The notes beneath the pieces are model-generated. The model worked only from the letters and a program-made list of their open reading frames with translations, did no database searches and had not been told where the DNA came from. From positions 21,328,001-21,392,000 of the forward strand of contig OZ116708.1 in NCBI GenBank assembly GCA_964199315.1: a stretch of 64,000 bases of DNA, in the 5' to 3' direction. This stretch comes from Orbicella franksi. Taxonomy: Eukaryota. A program made the position numbers and the translations under genes. Shown piece by piece: positions 24,501 to 37,690 of this stretch; position 1 is the first letter of the stretch; each line of letters begins with the position of its first letter.

Positions 24501-27500
24501 TTTAGCGTATGATAAAAGTGCATTATACAAGTGATAGAAGCTTCACCTATCTTAATTCATATCTAGAGTTTTAATCGAGGAATGAATTACAAAGCTGGCT
24601 ACTATAACTACCATCGTCTGGCTTTGAGATCTATAGAACATTCGTCATCAAATGAATTCCGATTTCTTTTGTTAATGCTTATGTCACCGGTTTATAAATA
24701 AGTGGTCGAAAATCGTCTAAGAAACGAAGAAAATTTAGAGGGTGGGTCTTCCAGAAGCTCGGAATTGACAAAAGTATCGATTACAAAGCAAACATGGCTT
24801 TCAAATTCCGTTTGAGGAAACTGCTTGAGATAACGAAACTAGCCTGTTGTGACAAATGTGACAAAAACAAGGAAACATGCAATTCATATGGTACCACAAC
24901 TGCGATATCATCTCCCTTCTAACCAAACAACTTCAAAATAATAGAAAATCGTAAATCATTCTCGCTTATTTTGCATTTTGATATCTATTTCAGGTGAACG
25001 GTATCGACCTATCGGAGGCCAGCCACGCCACAGCTGTAGAAGTCATTAAAACAGCTTCGGAACCGCTGCATATCTTAGTGAGACGAAAGTGCTCAGACGC
25101 CATCGTGGATTGTGTGCCTTGTGTGACGTCTACTGGCACCCAGACGGACCTTTGTCTTGTTCAAGACGTCGAGAGCATGGATACAGACAGCGGAATTCAC
25201 GACCGGTACAGCCCAAGGCAGGACTTGCTGATACCATTCGAGAAGTCTCTTGATGACGGCACAAGCAGTTCGGAAAGCTCCCACCGCCGAATCGAATCCT
25301 TTTGTAGGGACGATGTAGAGAACTTGCGCTCGACAAGCGAGAGTTTGCCGAGTTCTGAGAACATTGTTGGCAGCGAGCAAGGTACACTGCCTCGTGTCAC
25401 GCTCGTTGTAAAAGACGTGAATTATGTTCATGATGTTGATGAGAACTCCAACTGTGACTTGCAAGGTCAGCCTTACGTGACAGCAGTTTCCGACGAGATT
25501 TATTTCGACCCTGAGTTTGACTATGAATATGAGGTGGGTCACTTGATAAATATTTAAGACTTGTTTAAAAAGCGTAGTCATAAGAGGTTTGCGTTTAAAC
25601 AAGATATCTTAGTCCAGGGAAACAATTTCAGTTTAGCAGTAGGACTCATGTTGCTCGACGTTCCGGAGGGACCCCAGCATTGACGACCAGTTACGAAAGA
25701 TGGCGGGGCTCTTTTCTCCGGTTCAGCAAGTTTGAATCCGGATATGATTCCTGGACACACGACATTCTCAGTTGCTATCTCCACCCTGGAATATAAATGG
25801 GGTAATGGCGAGTTGTTCGGTCAACCTAGCAGAGTGTTAACGGGGATTTGGGAGAGGAATTGTAATAACCTATGATAAGTTGGTACCCTATCCAAGGAAG
25901 GGTGAGGGGGCTAAATTAGTTGTAGTTACTTCATCTTCCTCCAACCGGAGTTGAATGCCGAAGCCTACACGAACGAACCGGAGTTAATTATTGAAGCCTA
26001 CACGAACCCGGTTTGAATACCAATGTCAAAGAGCAGTCCCTCGATTACTAGGATTGATGCAGCCTTTACCTTTCCAATGGATTCAAGAAGGAAGTGTCTT
26101 GTTCATTATCAATTAAGAGCGCGTTTGAGATGTAAACTATCGTCTACGCGCACAGTCAACTTAACGACACTTATTTTGCTAACTGCGATCTTGCACGTGT
26201 TGATGCCATCTAGGACGCTAGGTTCTCTTGTTTCAAATTCCAAAACAACATTTTAAAACGAATACTTATCTTATTCCTACAATGGCTAAAAGGTACCCTT
26301 TCTGAGTAATTATTGGTATTCCTCATACTGAAGATATCATTGCGCTTTTTCAGGAAATAACTCTCTGGATAGCAAATTGTGATCTAGGATTAACATTCTG
26401 TTGTGCAGAAGAAGACGAAGCAACTGTCTATGTTTGCGAGGTGCGTTATTTTGGTTCTCTGGCTAACATATAGACTGCTAGCAATCTTTCCTTTTGCTTG
26501 GAAAGTCCGTGGGGAAGAAGGCAAAACAAGTAAGCGTACGAGCGTGACAGCGAACTAAGCAAACCGGTAGCGAGGGTGTTGGAAGACCGCCCGTTTTCCG
26601 ACGCCAACGCTACTTGCGACTCGCGGCTTCGCATGTCACGCTTGCATGCTCACGACTCGCTCACTTCTGTTGTGTTCTTCTTTGCGTTTTTCCCCATGGA
26701 ATCTTGAGCAAAAGGAAGAGTCCTTGCAGTGTAGGTAAGATAGTAAAAGGGCACGAGGTCAAGAAAATGAACTTTTAAGCGTCAACTGAAGTATTGTATG
26801 TAAAGTGTGGTGAGTGCTAGCCTTGGTGTTTGTTACTCGAACACTGGCTGACGTGCCACTCGACTGCTAAATCCACAGGCTTAAAAGTTATAGCCTCCTG
26901 GTGCAGCCTAAATAATACCGTATGAACATTTGAATGGTACAAAGTAGAAACTTGTCATCTTGGCGTAACTCAGCTTTGTGATTTGAATGGTCACTCACTA
27001 GGGATTCATATACAGACTTAAAGTTGGAGCCACCTTGTACAGTGCAATAAACAGTACCACATGAAAGTTTACTGCGCAATAGCTCTCATTTTCATGTTTA
27101 ATCGACACGACTTTCGACTCTGGCTTTGACAATGTTAAGCCATGATAATGTACATTGCTGTTTACAACGGCTCCAGCGGGTCTGTCTTCATATTTTCGAA
27201 CTTCTGGATCACATTTACACAGCCAGTGTGATCTTGTTAGTCTCGATTCTCACTGTGTGATCTTGTTAGTGAGCGTAAATCTACCATACACAAATCTCAT
27301 TGGGTGTACAGCTACTGAAAATATACTGTGCCACCCACTGCGAAATCTTGTTAGGAAAAAAAGATTAAAGTACCCGCTAGCCACTTTGATCTTGTTAGTC
27401 AATGCAAAACCACGAAGTGATTTGCAGCTGTGCTAAAAACATCTCTTTTGTTGTTATCCTGGGAAAAAGGTTATCACGTTTTGGCAGACAACTTTGAAAC

Positions 27501-30500
27501 GTCCGTGTGCTTTGTTTTGCTCGGAAAGACTCGGTAATTCTTCGTCGAGTCTTCGAGTACGTCCGTAAATGAGTATTCGGCATACTTAAGTTAAAATATA
27601 AAACCACTTACCATTCAAAGCACACATGGCTCACAAATGCGTTCAACATTGTTTTGAAACTGTAATTTTCCGTCCTCCTTGAAAAAGTAGCTTGTGCAGA
27701 AAGCCTGTGGAAAAGAGAACGTAACGTTACTCCGCACATGCGACTACCCAGCCATAAAACAGGTCGTGCTTTGAAAAGTCTTTGAATAACGTTTCTCATA
27801 TATAACAGTCGAACCCCTATTAAGCGGCCACCCTCGGGGAAATGGCAGGTGGCCGCTTAAAAGGGTGTCGTCAGGAATTAGCACAAGACTTAGTTGAAAC
27901 GTCAGTTTATTCAAATACAAACTTGCTTTAAAGGGGCTCAGTCACGGTTTGCGCATATTGAAAAGTTTCGCCTCAATTTTTCAAATTCGTCGTTTGCTAT
28001 CCGTGTCAATCTTCTCCATCCTTAGCCATCCTTGTTCCTTTATGGTTTATCATAATCTCTTTGGTGTTTTTCTATCTTATTAAACTGTTATTTTCAGGTT
28101 TCCTACCATTTAAAGGTAATTTTGTATGTGGCCAAAATAACTCAAAATACCGTGACTGAGCTCCTTTAAGGCAACATGGAATCACATAACGACAACGATG
28201 ACTGTGTAAACGAGTACTGTAACTTATGTCCTCTTGACTTAAAACCGGGGTTAGGAAAGGGTCAAGGAAGTGTCGTTTCTCGCTAAAACGTATGCGACAT
28301 TTCGCGTAAACAAACAAGCGAACAAACAAGCAAAACGTCGTCTTAGCATCATCTTTGTTACTTAGCAATATTTCTTCCGCTCGTTATCTCTTGGAAACGG
28401 GGTTGTGTTCTTAATCAAGTTACTTGCTTCTTGCATGAAGTGACTGGCAAATAGGGAATTTATGGTTTTGTTTAAATTTTTTGGCAGATTGAGCCTGGCT
28501 CTGTCGCGTACCTTGATGGGAGGTTGACGCTATGTGATGTAGTTTTAAAGGTATGGTTACCGTTGTAATAGGTCTAAAACTTTGCAAATCACTGGCAGAT
28601 ATTAGACGCCTAAGCGCTAGTTTTGAGATGACTTGACGCCAATTTAGCTAGTCACACAACGCTTTTCCCCTGCTGGCGTGACAAGTTGTCCGCGTGACAG
28701 CGCCACATTGCAAGTGGAACGTGCGCGTTGTCCGCGCACGCCTCGCGTGTAAGGTGGATGCGTGAACACGAATCTTATCGCCCTCGTTCTTCATCTAACG
28801 CAAAAATTTAATTTATTTCTGAACTGGTAAATATGAGAGAATCGAGTTTCTTTTCTCTGCCCTGAATTCAATTTTCTTCTACCTTCTTTGTTCTACCACA
28901 ATCTCAGCGCGGGAACCGTTATAACAAAGGGTGATTTCAATCTAGTTGTAATACACTGAAGAAATGCAACTGAAATTATGATAGAGGTGGTAATGCGCGC
29001 ACAACCCTTTAAAATCGATGGAAACGTTTTGGGCAGGTCCACAGTTCAAGATGATCGTAAGGTTCAAGAATTTCGCAGCAAATATTGATGCATTTGTCGC
29101 CTCTTTTCACAGATCAACGATGTTCCTGTGACGCATCTCAGTGATATTGAACCTCTTGTATACGAATCAACCTCCACGATCAAGTTTCTTGTAGCAAGAC
29201 CAGCACAAGAGGTCTGTACAAATGATTATTTTTTTCTGTGCACCCAGGGATAGATGATCCCTAGGCTAGTAACTTTAATTGCAAGATCTTTTAGTAGCTT
29301 GGATTTACTATGTCAAATCAGAGCAAAGACATATTTTAGCCATTCAGTCAAATAACAGTAGCAGTTGTGCTAGTAGTAACGTTGTGACCCTGCTAGCTTA
29401 TTTACCGGGCTGATAACGGTGTTATCAGAAAATGACATTTTTTAGGCTGGATTGAAAACCATGAGCCTAAATCTTGTAAAGTTGCTATTATAGAAAGGGG
29501 TGTGTCAAATCCTTTTGGTGCTAAATCCTCATAGCAAATGAAAACAAAACAGTCATTTATAGAAGGTGGGTTATACAAAAGCCCTACAGATCAAGAATGT
29601 TTTAAGTAACATTCGTGCAGACATCTCTAATTTCCTTCTGTACCCAACATAGTTTAGAGCTGATAAAAAAGGATTGGGAAGTGTTGTTTTGCGCCGCATA
29701 AACCTCAGATAAACTTTATTTATACAGGGAGATAGTTTCAAGAGCGCTGGAATTCGTAACACAGCACTTAAAAGATAGTTAAACACGAAGCTTCTAATTA
29801 GAAACTGATAATGGAAAAGGTTAACAAAAGATTTCATCTGACATTCTCCATTACTAACAATTCGTTTAAAAAGCTTTGCCAAATCGATGGTTCTTGAAAC
29901 CAAAATATGTGCGGGTAGTTATTTTTAATTTGATGTTTATTTGACAATATTTCAGCGGCTTAATCAAGAGGCCAGCACTAGTAACCTTTTTATTTGAAAT
30001 CCTTGTAGCAATTTAAATGAGATTAATACTTAAAAAACTCGGCGCCCTTTTGTAGACTTCTTTAGTTACATTAGCAGGCGTGTGAACGAAATGTAAATAT
30101 GCAAGCTTTTGCGTGTAGAAAAACCTTCGAATGGCGTGTAGATACACGCGTGCGAGGGAAAGCCCAGGAAAAACTTCCACTAAACTCGTGTCTTTTCTAG
30201 CACCTTCCTTTTCATGTGCAAGGCATTGAAAAGCACTGAAGTATTACCAACTTAGAGCTTTTTGAATAAACAGACTGCAGGCTAGACGTATCTTTTGTAT
30301 TAAAACGTCTTAGTGATTTATTACAATTTCTATTTAATCCCCTGCTAAGACCGTGGAATGTGTGTAATCTTCATCGAAAAAGATAGATGACAGCGGCTGA
30401 TTTCAAAGGGTTTCCAAACTTTTAATGGCTTCAGGTCACGCAACAGTTGAGCATTGCGTGTTTATTTGTATACTTTAAAGCAAAAATCGCTCGCCTTATC

Positions 30501-33500
30501 AATAAAAGCGATTTCAATACGAAGAGATTTTGATCCGTAATTGCCTTAAATAACAACAAAAGTAGTATCTGGGTTTTAAGACGTAAAAAATATTTGTATG
30601 CCGCGGAGTGGATTGCATGCAAATAACGATAGGGGCGTTAAGATTTTCCCAACAAAAACAAATTCTGCTTTGTATCATGGAAAGAGCACAGTTTTTGACA
30701 AAAGCACTTTTTGCTGAGAGCTTTTTCGGAGTATACAACTGTCTAACACATACTTGAGCAAATTGGATTCCGTTTGCATTCAAAATCCTCGGTTGATGGA
30801 TTTCAAAATAGGATAAAATCTCTTAATTGTTAATCACTAAGTATTAGAGTCAGCTTACTAATCTCTTATTGCACTGTAGAGCGCAAACTTTTGGGCCCTG
30901 CTGCGAGGCTAAGAGCTTTACTTCCATTTGTATAGCTAAGAGAAGATCTGCTCTTTAAATTCCTCCACACATTGCACGAATATATCACGTTCTACAATGA
31001 ATGTTTTGTTGAAGTTAAACAGCAACTTCGCGGGCAAAATGCGAGACACTTTTCTGGGAAATGAAAATCGGACGTAGTTTTGTCTTCTTGTAACGTGGAG
31101 CGTCGCCGATAAACGTTATTTTCTTAACAGGATTAAGATAAAGAGTAAAGCAGGTTATTTCCGGTCCATTGCTGAAGATAATCTTTCGTCTAGCAGAACA
31201 CCCACAGAACACAGGTGCAATATCTGCCAGTGAAAGGCGACCTCAATAAGGCACATTCTGTTTGTTTCTTTGTTTGTTTATTAGTATCGCATTTTTTCAC
31301 TGATTTATTTGATTTTATTTTTTTTCTCACGGTTTTTGTGCATAGTTTTCGTTCTTTTCAAAATAATCCACTTTGCATTTGCCTGGAATTTCGCTGATCT
31401 TGTGCGGGTTACTGATGCCAAATCGAGTGCCGGTGCGCCACGAAAAAAGGTGATCTATACTGTAAAATACGATGCTCCCAGTTCTCTCGCAATTCTATCC
31501 GCGCGTTCAACGATCGAATAAAAATACGAGACAATAGAGGGCTGTAAACATTCTAAGGTGTTCTATTATGCCTACTAAATTTTAAACCCTCCCGGTTGAA
31601 ACTTGTTTTACATTTTTTCGGTAAACCTCAGATCGTGTTTCTTTCCTGCGTTGCCTTTTAAAACGAAATATTAAACCACAAATCTAGCTGTGTTAAATGA
31701 ACCAAGTTGGTCATCAATCAACGCTTATAATCAACAAAAAATTTAGTGAGCCGGAAAACGAACACAATCTTTTTGCTGAAGTCAAACTCGATCCACAGCG
31801 CGGCATTGAAAACAGCATACCCTGCAAGAAGGTCAATCTCATTAAAATTCGCCGGCAAATTAATACAAAAATAACGAAAAATTGACAGAAATTTCCGTTT
31901 TTTAGAATTAACCAGACTTAATTCCTAGCTGAACATCGGTCGATTAGAAGGTAAAATTTCCAAAACCAACACCATAATTTATTTAATAGGATTGCCAATT
32001 CAATCGTAATTTTTACCAGCCGAGGGTACCATTTAATTTAAAAATTGCACATCACGTTATCTCTCATAAAATTGACGATAGATTCTGTGCGATCCAAAAG
32101 AATCCAAATTATATGTATCTCGTTTCGTTCTGCTCCGCAAATTTGATCAATTTAAAGTGCTTTAAGATTGTCTTAGCGTTTAATCCAATCAACTGAAAAT
32201 ACACTCTCTCCTTTGTCGGTAGAAGGATTGTGGTCAGCTTCTTAACAAGCTTCCAAGCATTTCTTCTTCTAAGAGAATTTAGGGTTTATACATTAGCAGT
32301 CGTTTATCTCTCTTTCAAGTTTTGAACTAATGTACTTTACAGCGCTTAGTCGCTTTCCCTGTCATAAAGAGGAATAAGAAATATTTTGGGATTATTTCAA
32401 AAATGGCTTGTCGTCTGACTATTGGCCAATCATATAGTGTGATAAAAAGATCCACGAAAGCCCAGGGGAAAGTCCCTGAGGGTTTGCTACATCCCCCTTG
32501 TATTTATCCCTAGGTTAAAGCTGGTTTAAGTTGTTTAAGAAACAGAAAGTGGTTGTTATCAGAAGGAAATGTGATTTAAGGGAATCCAAGCAGAGATCCC
32601 CTAGATTTCTTAAAGGAAGTCGGCCCCTACCTGCCTTCAGCTTAATTCTTACCCCAGGGCTAAAGCCGATTTGCTTATTGTGAAATGTAAAGAACAGTTG
32701 GTATTAAATGAGGAATGTGTTACACTGAAATTCAAGTAAGGATGCCCTTAGTCTTAGAGTATCGGGGATTGGGTGTGGAAAATCCCCTACCATAAAGCTA
32801 TTCTTTAACCCACGGGTAAACACTGTTTGCGTAGTCTGAGAAACAGAGTGCAGTTGGGAAATATAAAGGGGATGTTTCCTTACTCAGTTACTCCTTACCC
32901 TATTAAACTATATTAAAACCCTTCGCCTTTCTTCTAGGTACGGGCCACTCTTTTGGGCAGTGAAGGAAGTCAAGACTGGGGCTTTGTGGATCCAATCGAC
33001 GCGGAACTAAGTAGCTTCAGAATTGATGTGATCAAAGAAGAAGACGAAGATGGAAACGATACGTTGAACAGCGAGAAAACGAACGGCGACAAATGCGAAA
33101 AGGACAGCGGAGTCGGAAGAACCGACGAGAGCACGAAAAATGACGAAAGCTCCGGACCCGACGTCGTAGAGGAAGCTCGGCCGTCGCAAAACTCTCGTAA
33201 AAATTCGCAGGAAAACGGCGACAAACGCTTAGTAAAGGACGATTCAAACACGCGCGAACGAAAGAGTAGTAGTTCCACGCGTGGTAAGGAGGACCGAGCG
33301 TTTTCTCCCATACGGTCGGGAGAAAACTGCTCTGGGAAATCTCGGGACAATTCATCACCGGGCGAGAAAGACTCTAGTCGAAATCACAAGGAGCGCTCTC
33401 CCGAAAACGGTCGTACACGCCGCCATAACAGTGGATCTCCAACTAAAAGTCTTTCACCTACGCACAATGGAGGATCGCCTCCCAGAAAGGATAGAGACAA

Positions 33501-34248
33501 GGAAAGGAGTAAAGAACGGAAAAAGAACAGAGATTCACACAAAGACAATCATGAATCTCGCGGTGAACGAGATCGCAGTCGACACTCCGACCAGAAGCGT
33601 AACAGTAAACTAGGCAACGTAAGCAGGACAATTCGTGCGTCTTACATAAGAGCCGTGAACAAGGACTCGACTCAACACATCAATTTGATTGGCGAGTCGG
33701 ATTGTTTCGGTGGAAGGGGTGATTATCACGACCATCGTAGCAAACAGAAGTCAAATCTCACTGACAATCAATCTCTAAACGGATCTCAACAGAACATTGA
33801 ATGGAAAGTTCGAATGTCCAAAGACGGTAGTCAGATTTTTGTTCGCAAAAGGCCTGCCACTGCAGCGAGGCAGGCGAGGAATAAACTTCTGCGCGACCGT
33901 GCCCAAAAAATTACCGACGAACGCAAAGGCATGACAACTGATGACGACACACAAACCGTTTACCAAGGCCGTTACTGGCCGAGAGAGGACCGGAGACGAC
34001 ACTTAGAACGAGTGCGGGAAGCGCGCCGAAAGAAAATCCAAAAACTACAACAGCTGAAAGAATCCGAGAGCCCGCACACGGGCAGCGGTTCGGAGAGTGG
34101 CAAAGGACGCCGGGATATCATCGTTGAGATGAGTCACAGAAAAATGAACAGGAAGCAGTTTGATGACTTTACAACAGTTCGTGAATATCTAACTCAACGA
34201 AACCCCGACGGGTCCCCCGTTGGTCCGATTCACGTTACCACTGTGTGA
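15583..34248 (+). CDS. PDZRN3: PDZ domain-containing RING finger E3 ligase, PDZRN3/PDZRN4 (LNX3/4) family, 8 coding exons, about 997 aa
   Basis: Exons 15583-16284, 16826-16909, 17568-17675, 24994-25533, 26354-26440, 28488-28550, 29113-29211 and 32938-34248; all introns are GT-AG, phase 0. Motifs: MGFDVERF start, C3HC4 RING (CGIC...PCGHVFCAQC...CPLTC), TRAF/SIAH-type Zn finger, coiled coil, PDZ1 (GSLGFNIMGG...INGIDLSEASHATAV), PDZ2 (DLGLTF...IEPGSVA...FLVARP), family motifs EKDSGVGRTDESTKNDESS, EWKV and MTTDDD, and a C-terminal PDZ ligand HVTTV*. It is probably the single pro-ortholog of vertebrate PDZRN3/4. Confidence 0.95.
24032..24254. repeat. Degenerate gap-free tandem duplication (85-bp core, 138-bp offset) in PDZRN intron 3
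   Basis: 24032-24116 vs 24170-24254: 62/85 identical by hand count, with no indels. Confidence 0.8.
25690..25935 (+). mobile_element. Degenerate tRNA-derived cnidarian SINE (Nin-domain-like)
   Basis: B-box-like agtttgaatccgg followed by ctccaccctggaatataaatggggtaatggcgagttg, matching the recalled coral SINE core ctccacccaggtgtataaatgggtaccggcgaa. Confidence 0.6.
26471..26733. mobile_element. MITE with degenerate tagactgc-type terminal inverted repeats
   Basis: Left end tagactgctagcaatctttcc, right end ggaagagtccttgcagtgta. Confidence 0.5.
26870..27100 (-). repeat. 'atgaaagct' repeat family copies in PDZRN intron 5
   Basis: gatttgaatggtcactcactagggattcat...aataaacagtaccacatgaaag. Confidence 0.7.
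27806..27870. mobile_element. Short palindromic MITE fragment
   Basis: cagtcgaacccctattaagcggccacc-loop-ggtggccgcttaaaaggg forms a stem of about 16 bp. Confidence 0.5.
27932..28165. mobile_element. Intact 234-bp non-autonomous DNA transposon, Kolobok-type
   Basis: TTAA target-site duplication at 27928-27931 and 28166-28169. TIRs aggggctcagtcacggt / accgtgactgagctcct match 16/17. TTAA TSD with purine-purine termini fits Kolobok rather than piggyBac. Confidence 0.85.
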
Positions 34249-36939
34249 AAAGTGACGTTTTAACACATATCGTCAAAGACAATTTTTCTTGTCGAACTTA
34301 AGTATTGACCTCAATGAGGCCAAAAGGTTATCTGATGTTTTATTTGTTTTATGTTGCGTACTTATTCAATTTCTGTAATAATTTCGGCTTGTATATCGTG
34401 AAATATCCGACAATTGGGTGGGGTATTTCACGCTAAACTAGTGAGAAAGCACTGAATAGTTATTTTTCGTCCCGTGCCGAGTTTTTGGCGGGAAGTACGG
34501 TTCGAAGTGGCGGGAGCGAATGAGAGACAAAAAACCGCCAAAGATGCAACGAATTCCTCTCCTTTAGATTGGATTTTTTTTATAAAATTATAGTTTCTAC
34601 TTTCATGGGAAAAATTTCTTTGCAATTGTCCATCAGTGATAGGAGTAGTGAATTCTTTAGCTTCTAGGCTGCAATTGAAAGTAATTTCCCATTTTAGTCA
34701 TGGATAAAACGCAGCCTGATCGTTTTGTTTCTTAGAGAAACGATAAAACGGCAATGTTTGTTGCTCATGAAGCCACTAAAAAAAATCAAACGTCGGTTAA
34801 TATAGCTGTTGTGTTGCAAACTTGAAAGTTTTTACGGGGAGGGGGGATTCTTTTTAAATTAGTTTACCGCCGTTCTGTTCTAAATTTTCAAATCTTCTAT
34901 GAATATTTTTATTTGTTGCAGTTATGGAAAACGAACATTTTTATTAAACATTTATTTAACTTTTTTCAACATTGTCCGAAATCTTCTTCGGAGCCGTTAC
35001 TTAGGCGGTTACGCAACACTTGTTAAAGGTCGCGTGACGGCCTTGAAGGAGAGTGTCGAGAGAATACATTGTTCGTTGTTAAGATTTACTGTTTATGTTA
35101 TGTAAGGCTTGTAATTTACTGCCAAAAAGTTAAGCAAAAATTCCCGAATTGTATCTATGTATAAAGTAAAAGATGTAGTATTATTATAAGAAACAAATTT
35201 AATCAATTTAAAGAGCTATCTATGACATTTTTTTTTCTGTTTTCAAGCAACGAAGGAAAGAGTGACAAAGAATGGAAAACAAGTTTATCATAAGTTTATG
35301 GAACGAAATGCGAAAATGTATAGAAATACGACGCGAGAATAATTATGCGTTATCTTAACGCTCCGGGATGAGTATTTAAAGACTTTTTTTTATCAAAATG
35401 GCAGTCGAACCACTACCAAACGCCAGTCGTGGAAACTGAAATTTAAGCTTATATATTTGTAAATATAATTATTTCCAGTCACTATTTTCTTTAAAAGGTG
35501 AAACGTAACGCCGCAAATTTGTTTTACAACTTATAAGCAGTGGCCGCCATTTTGAACAGCGGTTGTGATTTTTATAAGTTAATTCTTTGTCAGTCTAAAT
35601 TCCTTCAACGTTTAACAAATTTAAAACGTAACCAACTTGGTGAAATCTGCAATTGTAAAGCCCTGAACTTAACAATGGCTGGACTCTTTTGCGCTTATTT
35701 CTTTGGGCAAAAATATTAGAACTAAATCTTGTAAATAAAAATTCGTCTTCGCTTGCTGAAGGAGCACGTAATGTTTTCAACGAAAAATAGAAATCGGCAA
35801 TGAATTAGATTGACTACCGTTTAAGTCATTGCAGTTGTAAACAAGTCTGTGTCTCTCTGCCATAATATACTTCTGTCTCTTACGAACTGCTAAGTTTGGT
35901 TTTTCCATTTTAGAAATATATTAACGTCGTAAACTTTAAGACGTTAAAGTCCACTTAATTTTGGGACTTAACAGTATTCTTTGAAAATGTCATTAAAATC
36001 GAAAACCTGATTCTCTTGTGTCTTGTGCTTATAATATTGTTTACAGGAAGAAAGCTCTCGAGACCTTGTTTGCTTTTATAGTTGTAACGGTTATGTTACA
36101 TGCTTCCAAGAAAGCTTTTCAATGGCTTTTTCGTTAGCGGAATACTAGGGGAGTGGAGGGGGCGGGGGGCTGTCATAAAGAAAGCTCTCAACTTCCAGAT
36201 CACAGAATTATTCGAATATTCGCGAAATATCACCGAAAAAAGGAAAGGAAAAACAGATTTGTCCAGTTCAATTTAGTCACCGATTCCGTGTGATCCTTTA
36301 GAAAAAAATGCATATGTCTTCACTCTAACAAGAAAATAATCGCTCTGGCTTTTTAAATCTTGCCTTCCGTCATCAATGAATTAAAATCATTTTGCTTCAG
36401 AGCTTATCGTTTTCAACAAAGCATTTCACTCAAAGTACATTTTGCTGCTCTGAGAATATTTGAGTCGAAGTAGACAGCAATATTGATATTTTCTATTGAG
36501 TGTGATTTATTGCCGGAGGTCATCTTTGTGCTGTAAGTACTTCTTGTCTTGTGAAAATAACACATTCCAGCCTTCGATAGACTTGTTTGAGCACGATTTT
36601 ATACGCTTCAAAGATTGGTAAAGTAAACAAGTGCAAAATTTAGCTGTATTCCGAATCTGAGTCAAGTATAATGCTAAGTCAATACCTTCAAAAAGTATTC
36701 GCTTGATTTTCTTCATCAGATTTAACTGTACAATGAGATTGCCTTTCGTGTGTGGGTTAAATATGTAATTAACTTAGCAGATAAATCAAGGTCAAGCCCT
36801 TGAACATTGATAAATTTACCGGACGGCAAGTGTTTCCAAGAGCCTTTGCCCTACGGCACAAATACAAATCTACGCCATAAAAAAATGATGTTGTCATGCT
36901 TTAATTACCTAAATAACCGCTTGCGATGGATTGTCCAAG

Positions 36940-37690
36940 TCTTCTCGTCCTCCAAGATACGTCGTAAGTTGCCAAACTCGTGTTGGCAAACTTCAAAAAG
37001 TTGGCAAACTCGTGCATTCATACGTCAAACTCGCGTTAAATTACTATTTCTCTTGTTTAGATTTATAATAGTGATACTCTGTAAATTCACTATAAATTCA
37101 CATCACAATCTAATTCAAATCACTCAACAAAAGTGGATATAGTCGTGAATACAGAGCTTTGAATTGAAAAGAGTAATTTTTGAAGATCGACTTTGATCAA
37201 AAACAGAACTCCATCGCCCTAGAACACAAACTTTACTTACCGCCTTTTAACCCCAGTTTCTCCGCTAGTTCTTCCATTTTCTTCTGCTTGTTTTTATGTC
37301 TTTATACGCTCCAGACGAAACGTCCCACAGACCTAGACAATTTTGAACTTCCTCGATGAATTGAAAAGTTCCCTCACGTTCGTCTTCACGTCCGTCCGCC
37401 ATTTTGTGAAGTGTCACGCAAATCACGTGAATAGAGCGCGTGTTTTGATTGGTTGACAGTTACCAACACACGTTTGCCAATCGTTCACACGTCAGATACG
37501 AGTTTACTAACACGAAAAAGTTGGTGAAAAAGTTGGCGAGAATAGAGGCAAGTTGTATTTATCGCCAACAGTTTGCCAACGTGTTTGCCGACTGTATCTG
37601 TGCCGTTCACACACACCAACTTGAGTTTGCCAACACGAGTTTAAAGGAGTCAACAAGAGTCGTGCCAGTCTCTTGTGAAAAGCCGCAAGA
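36940..37690. mobile_element. Non-autonomous PIF/Harbinger-like element carrying a MADF gene remnant
   Basis: Perfect 19-bp subterminal inverted repeat: aaactcgtgttggcaaact (36974-36992) vs agtttgccaacacgagttt (37624-37642). Multiple gttggcaaac/gtttgccaac subterminal motifs. Internal Myb/SANT-like exon. The exact outer ends are decayed. Confidence 0.7.
37241..37402 (-). pseudogene. First exon of a MADF (Myb/SANT-like) DNA-binding protein with a -1 frameshift
   Basis: caaaATGGCG start gives MADGREDEREGTFQFIEEVQNCLGLWDVSSGAYKDIK. Restoring one A in the A5 run (37291-37295) continues NKQKKMEELAEKLGLKG to a G|GTAAGT donor at 37240. The FIEEV...LWD...YKD...K...EELAEKLG pattern matches the MADF domain. 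Confidence 0.75.

Noticed and set aside
17676-24993. Vertebrate-type alternative first exon (MGCxxC, as recalled for short PDZRN3/4 and PDZD4 isoforms)
   Set aside because: A manual scan of ATGs found no MGC start. Only weak candidates were seen (ATG AAC|gtaatt near 23490; ATG|gtacca at 24888), too weak to call.
25093-25602. Antisense ORFs over PDZRN exon 4, and likewise 32970-33358 over exon 8
   Set aside because: Shadow frames of true coding exons, with no independent motifs.
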